DNA of 64,000 nt from a bacterium UBP13_UBA5359 (GTDB lineage Bacteria > UBP13 > UBA5359): NCBI GenBank assembly GCA_002410925.1, contig DHPR01000033.1, positions 392,397 to 456,396 of the forward strand, given 5' to 3'. A program made the translations under genes and the position numbers. A model generated the notes under the pieces. That model made no database searches. It worked only from the letters and a program-made list of their open reading frames with translations, and had not been told where the DNA came from. Positions 41,222 to 52,224 of this stretch are shown here, piece after piece (position 1 is the stretch's first letter; each line of letters begins with the position of its first letter).

Positions 41222-42838
41222 TCATTCCATTTCGCCCTTCTGCGTAACGCGAACTACTTCCTCAAGAGTGGTCACACCCTGGCGCACCTTTATTAATCCA
41301 TCCTGATAGAGGGTCCGCATGCCCCCTGTGCAGGCTGCTTCCCTTATAGCACCTGCGGGAGCACGCTTCAGAACCATAGAGCGAAGGGTTTCCTCCAGAA
41401 TAAGAAGCTCAAAGATACCGGTCCGCCCTCTGTAACCGGTTTTCTTACACTCATCGCACCCACGGCCGTGATAGAGTGGAAAGGCTCCTATGCCATTTTC
41501 AGCATCAAAGGAGCCGCACTCTTCCCTGCAGGCAGGACAGATAGTGCGTACCAGCCGTTGCGCCAGAACGGCTTCGACGCTTGATGAAACTAGATAGGGT
41601 TCCACCTCCATCTCCAGCAGGCGTGTGATCGCTCCGGCAGCATCATTGGTGTGCAGAGTACTGAAAACAAGATGGCCGGTAAGGGCAGAATGGATAGCTA
41701 TTTCAGCTGTTTCAGCATCTCTAATTTCACCAACCATAATAATATCCGGATCATGTCTCAGGATATGCCGTAAACCGTTGGCAAATGTCAGTCCTATACG
41801 AGGGTGAACCTGTATCTGGTTTATACCTTCAAACTGATATTCCACCGGATCTTCTATGGTGATGATCTTCCTGGCAACTGAATATGTTTTTTGCAAAGCG
41901 GCATATAGCGTAGTAGTTTTTCCGCTGCCGGTAGGTCCGGTAACCAGTACCATACCATGCGGCAAGGTGCTGAGCTTTGCCATGCTATGCAATGTATCCT
42001 CCAGCATACCATTGGTTTCCAACGAATAGCTGCCCGCTCCCCTGTCAAGCAATCTTAGAACCACACTCTCACCATAAAGCGTGGGCATGGTGGATACTCT
42101 TATATCTATTTCACGACCGGCTATTCTTGATTTTATTCGCCCATCCTGCGGCAGCCTGCGCTCGGCGATATCGAGATTAGACATTATTTTAAGCCTGGAA
42201 ATAATGGCGGCCTGCAATCGCTTGGGAGGCGATGATATCTCGTGCAGGATACCGTCAATACGATAGCGCACCCGCATACCGCGCTCGAACGGCTCCACAT
42301 GAACATCACTGGCACGCTCCTGCACGGCTTGCCGCAGAATAAGATTGACTAATTTAATGACGGTGGTCTCTCTGGCCATACGCTCCAGATCGCCGATTTC
42401 GTCATCGCTCTCTTCCAATATCTGGACATCCTCATCAGCAGTATCGGCAATCATACGCCGAACGTAATGCTCCTCTACCAGGCGCCGGATATCTTGCGGG
42501 TCGGCAAAGACGAGTTCAGCAGAAAGGCCGGTAGCAACTCTGATATCTTCCGTCGCCGCCGTATTAAAAGGATCGGCAACCGCGATATGCACCGTAGTTC
42601 CATCAAAAGAGAGCGGCAACACCTGATGACGGTAAGCAAGTTCCGCAGGAATAAGAGCAATTACTTTGGGATCAAGATCGCCTTCATGTATATCTACAAA
42701 TGGTAGGCCGGCCAGCTGAGCCATAAACCTGTGGGTATCATTTTCAGAGCAGAAGCCGAACTGCACCAGCAACTCAGACAACGGCTTTCCGGTTTCTCTG
42801 CTTATCGATGTCAATTGGTGCAGCTTTTCGGGATTCAA
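41222..42838 (-). CDS. gspE: T2SS ATPase GspE/PilB
   Basis: ASDVHVEP, LDIAERRLPQDG, GPTGSGKTT, RHDPDIIMVGEIRD, TGHLVFSTLHTN and tetracysteine motif. Confidence 0.95.
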   Translation of the reverse strand: MNPEKLHQLTSISRETGKPLSELLVQFGFCSENDTHRFMAQLAGLPFVDIHEGDLDPKVIALIPAELAYRHQVLPLSFDGTTVHIAVADPFNTAATEDIRVATGLSAELVFADPQDIRRLVEEHYVRRMIADTADEDVQILEESDDEIGDLERMARETTVIKLVNLILRQAVQERASDVHVEPFERGMRVRYRIDGILHEISSPPKRLQAAIISRLKIMSNLDIAERRLPQDGRIKSRIAGREIDIRVSTMPTLYGESVVLRLLDRGAGSYSLETNGMLEDTLHSMAKLSTLPHGMVLVTGPTGSGKTTTLYAALQKTYSVARKIITIEDPVEYQFEGINQIQVHPRIGLTFANGLRHILRHDPDIIMVGEIRDAETAEIAIHSALTGHLVFSTLHTNDAAGAITRLLEMEVEPYLVSSSVEAVLAQRLVRTICPACREECGSFDAENGIGAFPLYHGRGCDECKKTGYRGRTGIFELLILEETLRSMVLKRAPAGAIREAACTGGMRTLYQDGLIKVRQGVTTLEEVVRVTQKGEME

Positions 42839-42978
42839 GACAAGCTCCTCTCTTCTCCATACATTTAATTATAGATATCATCTAAAAAAGGGCATGCTGC
42901 CATATGCGCTGCTATTAATAGCATACCTCCGGAATTATCACTTTATGTTCCGAAGCAATCGCATTTATACATACCAGT

Positions 42979-43006
42979 ATACGAAACAGAGGCTCACAAG
43001 GTTTCA
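42979..43006 (-). promoter_or_regulatory. Putative ECF-sigma promoter upstream of the gsp operon
   Basis: TGAAACC-N16-CGTAT on the minus strand, just downstream of a terminator. Confidence 0.4.
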
Positions 43007-43011
43007 CTATT

Positions 43012-43038
43012 AAAAAACCGGCAGCCTTGCTGCCGGTT
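43012..43038 (-). terminator. Intrinsic terminator after the flavin oxidoreductase
   Basis: AACCGGCAGC-loop-GCTGCCGGTT followed by TTTT on the minus strand. Confidence 0.8.
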
Positions 43039-43090
43039 AAAAAGGAGTTCTTTATGGCGTACCACGATATGCATTTCATTTATCGAGCAG

Positions 43091-45022
43091 CTATATTTTA
43101 AGCGCTTCCAGCGCTCCCTCTTCAATGGCTTCCGTTACTTTTCTCGGTCTGACGGCATCGCCGATTTTGACAGCGTAGCGAACTGCTTTCTGCAGAGCAT
43201 CGACAATATCGTCATTGGGAGCCGACCCCAGGCAAATAACTACGGTATCAGCAGGCAGCTCCGCCAGGCCGACGGGGCTTTCAATGCTGACCTTATTCTC
43301 CCCTATGCTCATAATTTTAGTGTTACTCATCAGTTTTACGCCCATTTTTTGCAGCCGCCCCAGAAGCAATTCCCGATCCGCACGAGGAGCATCCTGGGCT
43401 ATCTCACCCAGCATCTCTACAATAGTTACCTCATGTCCGCGCACAGCCAGATATTCAGCTGTTTGTGCTCCGGCACATCCTCCGCCGGCTACGACCACCT
43501 TGCCTTTAGCCTGGCTATGACCCTCCAAAAGATCACGTCCAACCACCACGTTAGCATACTGAATACCTGGAATATCCAAGCGAACCGAATGAGCTCCTAC
43601 AGCCACAATAGCAGAATCAAAGCCCTCTTGTTGCACCATATCCGCCGTGGCCTTTGTGTTAAGCCGAACCTCTATGCCCAGCCTTTTCATCTCCCTGACC
43701 AAATAACTGCGCAGCAGCTCCCAACCGGGGCGGTAAGGCGGAATTGCAGCAGCTATAAGCTGTCCTCCTAAATCTTTCAACTCTTCACAAAGAACCACCT
43801 GATGTCCCCTCTCTGATAATACCTTGGCGGCCGACATGCCGGCAGGGCCTCCTCCGGCAACAAGAACCTTTTGCTTGATAACCGGCAGTGGCACAGCAAA
43901 GATCTCTTCCCTGCCGGCCTGTGGATTGACAGTACACCAGACATCCTGCTGAGCAAAGAGGCGAGTGATGCATCCCTGGTTACAGGCAATGCACCTGTTT
44001 ATCTCCTCCGTCCGATCGTCTTTAGCCTTGTTAGGCCACTCCGGGTCGGCCAGGAAGGGTCTGCCCAGGGCAATAAAATCAGCTTTGCCTGCGATGAGAA
44101 TCTCTTCGGCCAGTTCAGGATGTCTTATCTTGCCCACAGTGATTACGGGAATATTAACGCTCTCCTTGATGTGCTGCGCCAGCGGAACAAGAGGGCCATC
44201 TTCAATAGCCATAGGCGAAATCATATAGCCTAGTTCGTAGGAAGCATAATTGCCGGCAGAGATATGCAAAGCATCGGCACCCCACTCTTCCAGCCTTTGA
44301 GCGATTGTTATACAATCCTCTAATTTCAAGCCGCCGGGCACCATCTCATCTCCCGAGAGGCGCACAATAACAGGATAATCATCTCCGACAGCCTGACGGA
44401 CAGCCATGTAAACTTCCTTTAGAAAACGCATCCGCTTGCCCGATGTACCGCCGTAATCATCTTCGCGCTGGTTACTGAACGGAGAGAGAAACTGGGTAAT
44501 CAAATAGCCATGTGCCCCATGTATTTCAACAAAATCGCAGCCAGCTTTTTTGGCCCGCCCGGCACCCTGAGCGTATGCGTCAACAATACGATGAATCTCA
44601 TCTATTTTCAATGCCCTAGGTGCCTCATTGATAGTAGGATCCGGTATAGCCGATGGAGCTACCGGCTGCATACCGGATATAGCAGATGCCGTCTGGCGTC
44701 CGGCATGATAAAGCTGCGGTCCTATCACAGCCCCGTATCGATGAGCCGCTTCTACCAGATCCCTGAAGCCCGGCAAGCATTCATCGCGGTGAATACCCAG
44801 TTCGTTGGCAAAGCCTTTACCTTCATCACTAACGAATGAAGCCTCCAGAATCATGGCCCCCACTCCACCTCTAGCTATCTTCCTTATATGCGCCGTATAC
44901 CTGGGTGTGATAAATCCCTGCGCATCCGCATAGTTGCGAACCATAGGAGCCATAAAAATCCTGTTTTTGATCTCCATTTGTTTAATTCTTCCGGTTGAGA
45001 AAAGGTTGACAAAACTTTCCAT
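43091..45022 (-). CDS. NADH:flavin oxidoreductase (Old Yellow Enzyme TIM barrel, 4Fe-4S and FAD domains; 2,4-dienoyl-CoA reductase/BaiH-like)
   Basis: KNRIFMAPM, EIHGAHGYL, CIACNQGC, CTVNP and GGGPAG motifs. Confidence 0.9.
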   Translation of the reverse strand: MESFVNLFSTGRIKQMEIKNRIFMAPMVRNYADAQGFITPRYTAHIRKIARGGVGAMILEASFVSDEGKGFANELGIHRDECLPGFRDLVEAAHRYGAVIGPQLYHAGRQTASAISGMQPVAPSAIPDPTINEAPRALKIDEIHRIVDAYAQGAGRAKKAGCDFVEIHGAHGYLITQFLSPFSNQREDDYGGTSGKRMRFLKEVYMAVRQAVGDDYPVIVRLSGDEMVPGGLKLEDCITIAQRLEEWGADALHISAGNYASYELGYMISPMAIEDGPLVPLAQHIKESVNIPVITVGKIRHPELAEEILIAGKADFIALGRPFLADPEWPNKAKDDRTEEINRCIACNQGCITRLFAQQDVWCTVNPQAGREEIFAVPLPVIKQKVLVAGGGPAGMSAAKVLSERGHQVVLCEELKDLGGQLIAAAIPPYRPGWELLRSYLVREMKRLGIEVRLNTKATADMVQQEGFDSAIVAVGAHSVRLDIPGIQYANVVVGRDLLEGHSQAKGKVVVAGGGCAGAQTAEYLAVRGHEVTIVEMLGEIAQDAPRADRELLLGRLQKMGVKLMSNTKIMSIGENKVSIESPVGLAELPADTVVICLGSAPNDDIVDALQKAVRYAVKIGDAVRPRKVTEAIEEGALEALKI

Positions 45023-45184
45023 ATGCCTCACCTCGAAAATTTATATACTCTTTTTTATACCCTCGAGGCGCCTTATCAAACCGCACATAACAACTCGGGC
45101 GCAGGTCTTCAACCTGCGCCCCTAACTCTCTTGCTACTCTTTTATATCCCAATGGAAAAGACAGAGGATAAGTTCGATCGTGCT

Positions 45185-46324
45185 TTAGTGAATCAATGCC
45201 AGCAGAATGCCAGCTGCTACAGCAGAACCGATAACACCGGATACGTTGGGGCCCATAGCATGCATAAGCAGATAATTATCCGAACGCGCCTCCAATCCAA
45301 CCTTATTGGATACCCTCGCGGCCATGGGTACAGCCGAAACTCCAGCAGATCCTATCAGCGGATTAATCTTATCCCTGGAGAAGATATTCATGAGTTTGGC
45401 CAGCAGAACACCCGAAGCAGATCCCACTGAAAAAGCGAACAATCCCAGCAATAATATTCCCAAAGTTTCAACCCGTAGAAATTGCTCCGCTGAGAGCTTT
45501 GATCCCACGGAAAGCCCCAAAAGGATGGTTACAATATTGATGAATTCATTCTGTAACGTTTTGGACAAACGCTCCGCCACCCCGGACTCACGCACCAAAT
45601 TACCAAAAGCAAGCGCACCGATTAACGGTGTAGCGGTAGGCAGCAACAAAATACATAACCCAAGGATAATGAGCGGGAAAAGCACCTTCTCCGTCTTGGA
45701 TACCGGCCGGAGCTGGCGCATCTCTATGCGGCGTTCCTCCTCCGTCGTCAACCAGCGCATGATAGGCGGCTGTATTATAGGAACAAGCGCCATATAGGAG
45801 TACGCCGCCACAGCAATGGCGCCCAGCAGATGCGGCGCCAGGCGTGCGGTCAGAAATATGGCCGTCGGCCCGTCAGCACCGCCAATGATGCCGATAGAAG
45901 CAGCCTCTCTCAGGCCGAACTCAAAGCCGAAATGCTGAGCCAGCAGCAACGCCCCTATAAGCGTTGTAAAAATACCGAATTGCGCTGCTCCCCCAAGAAG
46001 AGCAGTCTTGGGATTGGCAATAAGCGGACCAAAATCCGTCATAGCTCCAATGCCCATAAATATGAAGAGCGGAAAGAGCCCTGATTCGATGCCTGACTTG
46101 TAGACAATGCCCAAAAAACCTTCGGCACCGGCTATATCTGCCACAGGTATATTGGATAGAAGACCGCCGAAACCGATAGGAATTAATAACAGCGGCTCAA
46201 AGCCCTTTTTAACAGCCAGCCATATCAGAAGCAGGCTTACAGCAATCATCAGAATCTGCCCGGCGCTCATATTGACCACACCGGTGGATAACCACAAAGA
46301 ATTGACCATTTCCAGTAAATTCAC
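45185..46324 (-). CDS. oadB: Na+-translocating decarboxylase beta subunit
   Basis: [31 protein letters not shown] and HAMGPNV motifs. Confidence 0.95.
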   Translation of the reverse strand: MNLLEMVNSLWLSTGVVNMSAGQILMIAVSLLLIWLAVKKGFEPLLLIPIGFGGLLSNIPVADIAGAEGFLGIVYKSGIESGLFPLFIFMGIGAMTDFGPLIANPKTALLGGAAQFGIFTTLIGALLLAQHFGFEFGLREAASIGIIGGADGPTAIFLTARLAPHLLGAIAVAAYSYMALVPIIQPPIMRWLTTEEERRIEMRQLRPVSKTEKVLFPLIILGLCILLLPTATPLIGALAFGNLVRESGVAERLSKTLQNEFINIVTILLGLSVGSKLSAEQFLRVETLGILLLGLFAFSVGSASGVLLAKLMNIFSRDKINPLIGSAGVSAVPMAARVSNKVGLEARSDNYLLMHAMGPNVSGVIGSAVAAGILLALIH

Positions 46325-46347
46325 GTCAGCACTCCTGTATATATAAT

Positions 46348-48150
46348 CTAATTTATCGAAACGAGCACTTGACCGGTACTAACCTGATCTCCCACAGAGA
46401 CCGCAATGGAAGCCACCTGACCGGTAACCGAAGCTTTTATCTCCGTCTCCATCTTCATTGCCTCCATCAGCAACAGCGTCATACCGCTCTCTACCCTATC
46501 ACCGATATTAACCTTTATACCGATTATAGCACCCGGCAACGGTGCTTTGACATCGGCTGTCTCCTGAGTCGCATCAGTGCTATCTGACATATTGCCGGCT
46601 ATATCAGCGCCTGCTCTGACATTGATATCATAGCTCTTGCCATTTACCAAAGCCTTACGCCCGTTAAGCACTACGGCATAATCTCTTCCGTTGACAGTTA
46701 CCGTATAGCCGTCAGCATCTTTCTCAACATTGGAAGCAGCCGCAGCATCTCTCTTTCTGACACCAATACGGCCTTCACCTTTCAGAAAAGATATGCCCTT
46801 CTCTTTGCAGGTAGCAACAATAAAGATATTCTCATCTGTCTCCGGCAGCTCGTGCTCTTTCAGCATGGACAAAGCCGCTTTTACGCCCTTTTGAGAATCA
46901 GCATCATTTATTTCCAGAGGATCAGCGGTCGTCGGCTCCAGTCCCAGCTGTTCTGCGGCTATCGCCACAACTTCGGGGTCAGGAGATACCGGTGTGCGTC
47001 CGAAGTACCCAAGAACCATCCTGCCGTAACCATCAGCTATCTTCTTCCATTGGCCGAACATGACGTTATTAAATGCCTGCTGAAAATAGAATTGCGATAC
47101 CGGTGTCACAGAGGTTCCAAAACCGCCTCGCATGACCACTTCACTCATGGCCTTTATGACCTCAGGATATTTATCCAGGATATTGCTATCACGCATCATC
47201 TGCGTATTAGCCGTCAGCGCCCCTCCGGGCATAGGCGAAAAGATTATCAATGGATCAACGGCTAACGCCTCGGGAGGCATAAAATAATCCTTCATGCACT
47301 CCTTGAATATCTCTTCTGCTTCCATCACCCTCTCTATATCCACATCCAGGTGATAATCCGTTCCACGCAGAGCATGCCACATGGTAATGATATCAGGTTG
47401 CGAAGTGCCGCCGGAAACCGGGGCCATAGCCAGGTTAATAATATCTGCACCGGCTTCCAGCGCCGCCTTATATGCCAATACACTGGTACCTGCCGTTTCG
47501 TGCGTATGGAAGGATATCTCTATGCCGCGTGACAGCAAGGCTCTGCTCTGCTTTATAGTTTGATAAACCGTTTCAGGGGTTGAGGTTCCTGAAGCATCCT
47601 TGAAGCAGACGGTGTGGAAGGGAATATCCGCATCGAGAATATCTCTGAGCACCTTCACATAGAACTCCGCATCATGCGCTCCTTCACATCCAGGCGGCAG
47701 CGCCATCATGGTCACGGTTACCTCATGCTTCAACCCTGCTTCTGCTATGGACTTGCCGCTGTGTATCAGATTACGAACATCATTCAGAGCGTCGAAATTA
47801 CGAATGGTGGTAACACCGTGCTTTTTGAAAAGCTGAGCATGCAATTGTATGATATCACTGCTCTGGGAATCCAACCCGACCACATTGATACCTCTGGCCA
47901 GCGTTTGCAGGTTCGCATCAGGGCCGGCAGCCTGCCTGAAGGCATCCATAGCGGCAAAAGCATCCTCGTTACAATAAAAATAGAGTGATTGAAAGAGAGC
48001 ACCGCCACCCGCTTCAAAATGCTTGATGCCCGCATCTCTGGCAGCCTCTACTGCCGGTAAAAAATCCCGGGTCTGGACTCTGGCTCCAAATACTGACTGA
48101 AAGCCATCCCGGAAAGAGGTATCCATAATTTTTACTATTTTTTTACCCAT
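46348..48150 (-). CDS. oadA: Oxaloacetate decarboxylase alpha / pyruvate carboxylase B subunit with biotinyl domain
   Basis: RDGFQS, FKDASG, HTHET, MPGG and VTPVSQ motifs; biotin site EAMKM. Confidence 0.9.
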   Translation of the reverse strand: MGKKIVKIMDTSFRDGFQSVFGARVQTRDFLPAVEAARDAGIKHFEAGGGALFQSLYFYCNEDAFAAMDAFRQAAGPDANLQTLARGINVVGLDSQSSDIIQLHAQLFKKHGVTTIRNFDALNDVRNLIHSGKSIAEAGLKHEVTVTMMALPPGCEGAHDAEFYVKVLRDILDADIPFHTVCFKDASGTSTPETVYQTIKQSRALLSRGIEISFHTHETAGTSVLAYKAALEAGADIINLAMAPVSGGTSQPDIITMWHALRGTDYHLDVDIERVMEAEEIFKECMKDYFMPPEALAVDPLIIFSPMPGGALTANTQMMRDSNILDKYPEVIKAMSEVVMRGGFGTSVTPVSQFYFQQAFNNVMFGQWKKIADGYGRMVLGYFGRTPVSPDPEVVAIAAEQLGLEPTTADPLEINDADSQKGVKAALSMLKEHELPETDENIFIVATCKEKGISFLKGEGRIGVRKRDAAAASNVEKDADGYTVTVNGRDYAVVLNGRKALVNGKSYDINVRAGADIAGNMSDSTDATQETADVKAPLPGAIIGIKVNIGDRVESGMTLLLMEAMKMETEIKASVTGQVASIAVSVGDQVSTGQVLVSIN

Positions 48151-48162
48151 TATCTCCCACCT

Positions 48163-48387
48163 CTACAACGCATGTATTGCTGCAATAACAGCTGCTATTT
48201 CTTCATCATTATTATTATTATTACCGCCGCCGCTTCCAGGCGCCGCCGGCGGCGGCGCCTGTGGCCGGCGTTTTTCCGTCATCTGAATAATCCTGCCGGT
48301 ACTATCTATCACCAGAACCATAACAATAAGAAAAGCAAAGACTACCGCCATACCAATTACAGTAATTATCAATCCCGTTACAACCAT
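48163..48387 (-). CDS. oadG: OadG gamma subunit
   Basis: GMAVVFAFL TM helix, Pro/Ala linker, EEIAAVIAAI. Confidence 0.9.
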   Translation of the reverse strand: MVVTGLIITVIGMAVVFAFLIVMVLVIDSTGRIIQMTEKRRPQAPPPAAPGSGGGNNNNNDEEIAAVIAAIHAL

Positions 48388-49121
48388 ATTAAATCTCCCG
48401 CCATGATAATTTTTTCGCCGTCGTCGCCCGCAGCCAGCAACAAAGAGCCATCATCATTTATGCTCTGTGCAATACCATATTCAATATGCCGGGCTGAACT
48501 TACAGCTATGCGGCATCCGATATACGGACTTCGGCCGATATACTCATCCTTTATTGAAGCAAAACCTGCATCAATAAAGGAATCATAACCAATAAAAAAC
48601 TCGTCTGTAAAACGAGCAATGAAAGAGTTCCGATCAATATTTTTGCCCGTCAGCAGGTTAAGCGCCGTTGCCGGTTGTTCAATAGCGGCAAGATCATTCT
48701 GCGTCATATTAAGATTTACGCCAATACCGAGCGCCATGCCGGTAAACTCTCTGCCTGACCAGGAAGCTTCACTAAGAATGCCGGCAAGCTTATGTCCGTT
48801 AACCTGAACATCATTTGGCCACTTAATATGAGGAACGATGCCGTAACCATCCAGAATACGGCAAAGAACAATAGAAGCATATTGAGTTATATTGGAGATA
48901 TAAAATGGTGTGCCGGGATTTCGTTGAGGTTTGAGAAGAATGGTAAAATACGCATTGCCGCTGCTTTCAGATATCCACCTGCGGCCAAGCCTTCCTCGTC
49001 CGGCAGTTTGCCTGGCGGCTATGATAACCTGCCTGTCACTCAGACCGGCAATATTCTTCAAAGCAAAATTATTGGTAGAATCCAGCTCCGCAAAGCTTAA
49101 CATATTATGTTCATAATCCAT
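48378..49121 (-). CDS. birA: Biotin-protein ligase (no HTH domain)
   Basis: DSTN, QTAGRGRLGRRW, IKWPND, KLAGIL and GIGVN motifs. Confidence 0.93.
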   Translation of the reverse strand: MDYEHNMLSFAELDSTNNFALKNIAGLSDRQVIIAARQTAGRGRLGRRWISESSGNAYFTILLKPQRNPGTPFYISNITQYASIVLCRILDGYGIVPHIKWPNDVQVNGHKLAGILSEASWSGREFTGMALGIGVNLNMTQNDLAAIEQPATALNLLTGKNIDRNSFIARFTDEFFIGYDSFIDAGFASIKDEYIGRSPYIGCRIAVSSARHIEYGIAQSINDDGSLLLAAGDDGEKIIMAGDLIWL

Positions 49122-49367
49122 TTTATCACCGCCACTAGGCGGTACTTCTCACCTACGATTATATCGACAGCTGTATTTTAACACAGATGCACCCATTTTA
49201 ATAAACAACAGGCTATTTAACGCCCATAGCATTATACCATAAACTTTAAAAAATAAAAGAAGGAATCCCTTTCCGTTATTCTGGCTAACATTTGCTAACA
49301 TTTGATAAAAATGCTAACCTTCTCTTATAATTATTAAGCAGATTTATTTGTGAAGGGTAGCATTTTT

Positions 49368-50099
49368 ATGTCAAATGAATTATTAGCAGGTAAAGCAGCC
49401 ATCGTAACCGGTGCAGGAAGAGGCATAGGCAGAGCTGTAGCTCTAACCATGGCACGTGCAGGAGCAATGGTAATTTCGGCATCCAGAACGGCTGAAGAAC
49501 TGGATGCACTAACACAGGAGATAGAGAGCCTGGGAGGAAAATCTATGCCGCTAATCACCGATCTTTCCAGCGAAAGCGATATCCATCGGCTGGTAGAGGC
49601 TACCGTTGCCGCTTTCGGACGCCTGGATATAGTAATAAATAATGCCGGAATAGGAATCTACGGGCCTCTTACCGATATGACTATAGAAGAGTGGGATATG
49701 GTCATGAATATCAATGCACGCGGGCCTTTTCTGCTTTGCCGCGAGAGCATCCCCTACCTGCGCTTGCAGGAACGCTCCTATATCGTCAATATAGCATCGG
49801 TAGTAGGGACCAAAGGATATGCCGGGCAATCCTTATACAGTGCTTCCAAGCATGCACTCATGGGAATGAGTAAGGCTCTTGCCAAAGAAGTGCAGCACGA
49901 CGGTATCCGTGTTCACGCTATCTGCCCGGGCGGCGTAGATACAGCCATGGCCGGACAATCCCGCCCTGACCTGGATCGCTCTGTACTTATGCAGCCGGAA
50001 GAGATCGCCGATGCCGTTCTCTTTCTGGTAACACGCCGGGGGAAAGCTGTTATCGATGAGATACATCTGCACAGAGAAGCCTCATTGCCCTGGGCATGA
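49368..50099 (+). CDS. SDR family oxidoreductase
   Basis: TGAGRGIG, NNAG and YSASK motifs. Confidence 0.93.
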   Translation: MSNELLAGKAAIVTGAGRGIGRAVALTMARAGAMVISASRTAEELDALTQEIESLGGKSMPLITDLSSESDIHRLVEATVAAFGRLDIVINNAGIGIYGPLTDMTIEEWDMVMNINARGPFLLCRESIPYLRLQERSYIVNIASVVGTKGYAGQSLYSASKHALMGMSKALAKEVQHDGIRVHAICPGGVDTAMAGQSRPDLDRSVLMQPEEIADAVLFLVTRRGKAVIDEIHLHREASLPWA

Positions 50100-50244
50100 T
50101 ATTCTCACGGCTCGCCTCCGGTTTCTCGCAGCTCGTTGCAGGCATGAAATCCTCCATACTCTGCATAAGGAGTGCTCGAACACTCATTTCCGAACAAGAA
50201 CAATTATTTACATAAATAAACCGCACGTTCTGCGGAGCAGCGCC

Positions 50245-51303
50245 CTACGGTAAGATTATCGGCATTCCCTTCTCAGCCGATTCATAGATATAGCGACATA
50301 GCTCGATAGATTTACGACCTTCCAAGCCGTTCACCAGCGGTTCGCGATCCTGAGTTATAGCGTCACACATATCCTTTATCTGGGCTTTATGCCAGGTTAT
50401 GGGAAAGGCCATGGGATCACTGGCACCGGTGCCGGTAACCTCTTCCACATCGCCGGGTTCATCATTCTCCGTAGCATTCATAATATTCCAAGAGGATAGG
50501 CTGCCCCGTTCCAAAGTGATAGTTCCTCTGGTACCGTACAGTTCCAGGCGCTCTGGTAAACCCGGATAAAGGCAAGTGGAGGCCTCGATAATGCCCATAG
50601 CACCATTCCTGAATTTAAGATTGATCGCAGCCAGGTTCTCAACTTCAATATTTCGATGCACAGGCGTTATGGCGGTATGGGCATAGACCTCCGCCACCGG
50701 GCCCAAAAACCAGAGCAGCAAGTCGATGTAATGCAAAGCCTGATTCATGAGAGCTCCGCCGCCCTCCGTGGATAGCTTGCCGCGCCATTCATCCTTATCA
50801 AAATATGCCTGAGGGCGATACCACTTAACATGAGCCCCACCATAAAGCAGCTGCCCAAGCCCATCGGCATGGCAATACTCCCTGGCACGACATACCGCCT
50901 TCTTGAATCTGTTTTGAAAGATCACCGCCAGCTTTACTTTATTGGTTTGACAAGCCTCGATAAGCGCATCGCACTTCTCCAGGCTGATATCCATAGGCTT
51001 CTCTACTATAACATGTTTACCCTGCCGTGCAGCCTCTATCCCCATATCAGCATGGCAAAAAGGCACCGTAGTGATATCTACTATATCGATGTCATCCCGT
51101 CTTAACACTTCATTGTAATCGCAGGTCCAGGGAACATCATATCTATCTGCAAACTGTCTGGCCCGTTCCTCTGTCCTTGAATATACCAACTTCAGCTCGG
51201 TTTCATCCAGTTGCATAATGGAGTCAGCATGTGCGGCAGATACCATACCTGCCCCTATCAGAGCCATACCGTATTTCCTCTTACACACTATACCTACCTC
51301 CAT
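50245..51303 (-). CDS. Gfo/Idh/MocA family oxidoreductase
   Basis: IGAG, HVIVEKP and GGGALMNQALHYID motifs. Confidence 0.92.
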   Translation of the reverse strand: MEVGIVCKRKYGMALIGAGMVSAAHADSIMQLDETELKLVYSRTEERARQFADRYDVPWTCDYNEVLRRDDIDIVDITTVPFCHADMGIEAARQGKHVIVEKPMDISLEKCDALIEACQTNKVKLAVIFQNRFKKAVCRAREYCHADGLGQLLYGGAHVKWYRPQAYFDKDEWRGKLSTEGGGALMNQALHYIDLLLWFLGPVAEVYAHTAITPVHRNIEVENLAAINLKFRNGAMGIIEASTCLYPGLPERLELYGTRGTITLERGSLSSWNIMNATENDEPGDVEEVTGTGASDPMAFPITWHKAQIKDMCDAITQDREPLVNGLEGRKSIELCRYIYESAEKGMPIILP

Positions 51304-51543
51304 ACTTTTTATTTATCGTAACATAGCTGCAAGGCTTTTCATACTCTCTTTTCTTCTGCTGCTAAGGGGTTGCCTTGCTTCTGCTTAAGCCTATCATATA
51401 ATAAAATATCTCTCTTTGGCTAGTATACGAAGTATTCAGGATTGGTGGCAATTCAATATACATGCATAAAGCATAAACAAAACGTTTTATTTATCCGGAA
51501 GTATGGTAAATATTTCTAGATATATCTAATCAGGAGCGATATC

Positions 51544-52224
51544 ATGCCAATAAAGAGCATTTCTTTTGCTATATGCTTTTGCTTAATCTCGCTTTCAACT
51601 GCAGCCGCCAAAGCTGAAAGGCATTCCGTTGCTGCTGTATCTGCTATACATGCCGGAGCAAAGAAGGCGCCGCTTTATATAACGGATGCACATAGGTTAG
51701 GTGAGCTGCAATCAGATTATGCTTCTATTAGCGTAGAAGCAGTCAGAATTTATCAATATGGAAAATCAAAGCCTCTTTATAAAGGCATAACGCTTATCCT
51801 TACAGGTTCAATGGTAACGTTAAATGTTGATGAAGCAAAAGCCTTATCCTCAACCATACCGGATCTGATAAAAGTAGGTAATGAGTGGGCAGATGTGCAA
51901 AAGGAATCCGCAGAGGCAGATATATTCGTGGGAGACCCCTATATATTTAATATAGGATTTTATCAGGAGGGTACTAAAAGGGTTATTTATATGTCCAGCC
52001 TCGAAGCCACCGTAATGCTTAAATCACTAGATGATATTTTAAGCTTTAAAGATTTAGTTGATCAAGGATTAATATGGCTGTCACACGATAAAAGTGCCGA
52101 CCCATCGCAAAATAATAAAAAAGATTTGGTAATATCGGTTATCAAGAAACGCTATCATAATAAAAACGGGTTCCGGCAAAACCCCGGAACCCGCATAAAT
52201 ACTGGAGCCGACGAGCAGGATTGA
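51544..52224 (+). CDS. Hypothetical exported protein
   Basis: AGGAG RBS and signal peptide (MPIKSISFAICFCLISLSTAAAKA). The 3' end runs antisense over a terminator and the tRNA remnant. Confidence 0.6.
   Translation: MPIKSISFAICFCLISLSTAAAKAERHSVAAVSAIHAGAKKAPLYITDAHRLGELQSDYASISVEAVRIYQYGKSKPLYKGITLILTGSMVTLNVDEAKALSSTIPDLIKVGNEWADVQKESAEADIFVGDPYIFNIGFYQEGTKRVIYMSSLEATVMLKSLDDILSFKDLVDQGLIWLSHDKSADPSQNNKKDLVISVIKKRYHNKNGFRQNPGTRINTGADEQD
52162..52193 (-). terminator. Terminator downstream of the displaced tRNA-Thr 3' end
   Basis: CGGGTTCCGG-loop-CCGGAACCCG followed by TTTTT on the minus strand. Confidence 0.75.

Noticed and set aside
48208-48232. (ATT)5 and (CCG)n microsatellite as a phase-variation tract
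   Set aside because: These are in-frame triplets encoding the Gly/Asn linker of OadG; slippage would not switch expression.
50100-50244. Possible MITE or REP remnant between the convergent oxidoreductases
   Set aside because: No terminal inverted repeats or second copy could be identified in the window.
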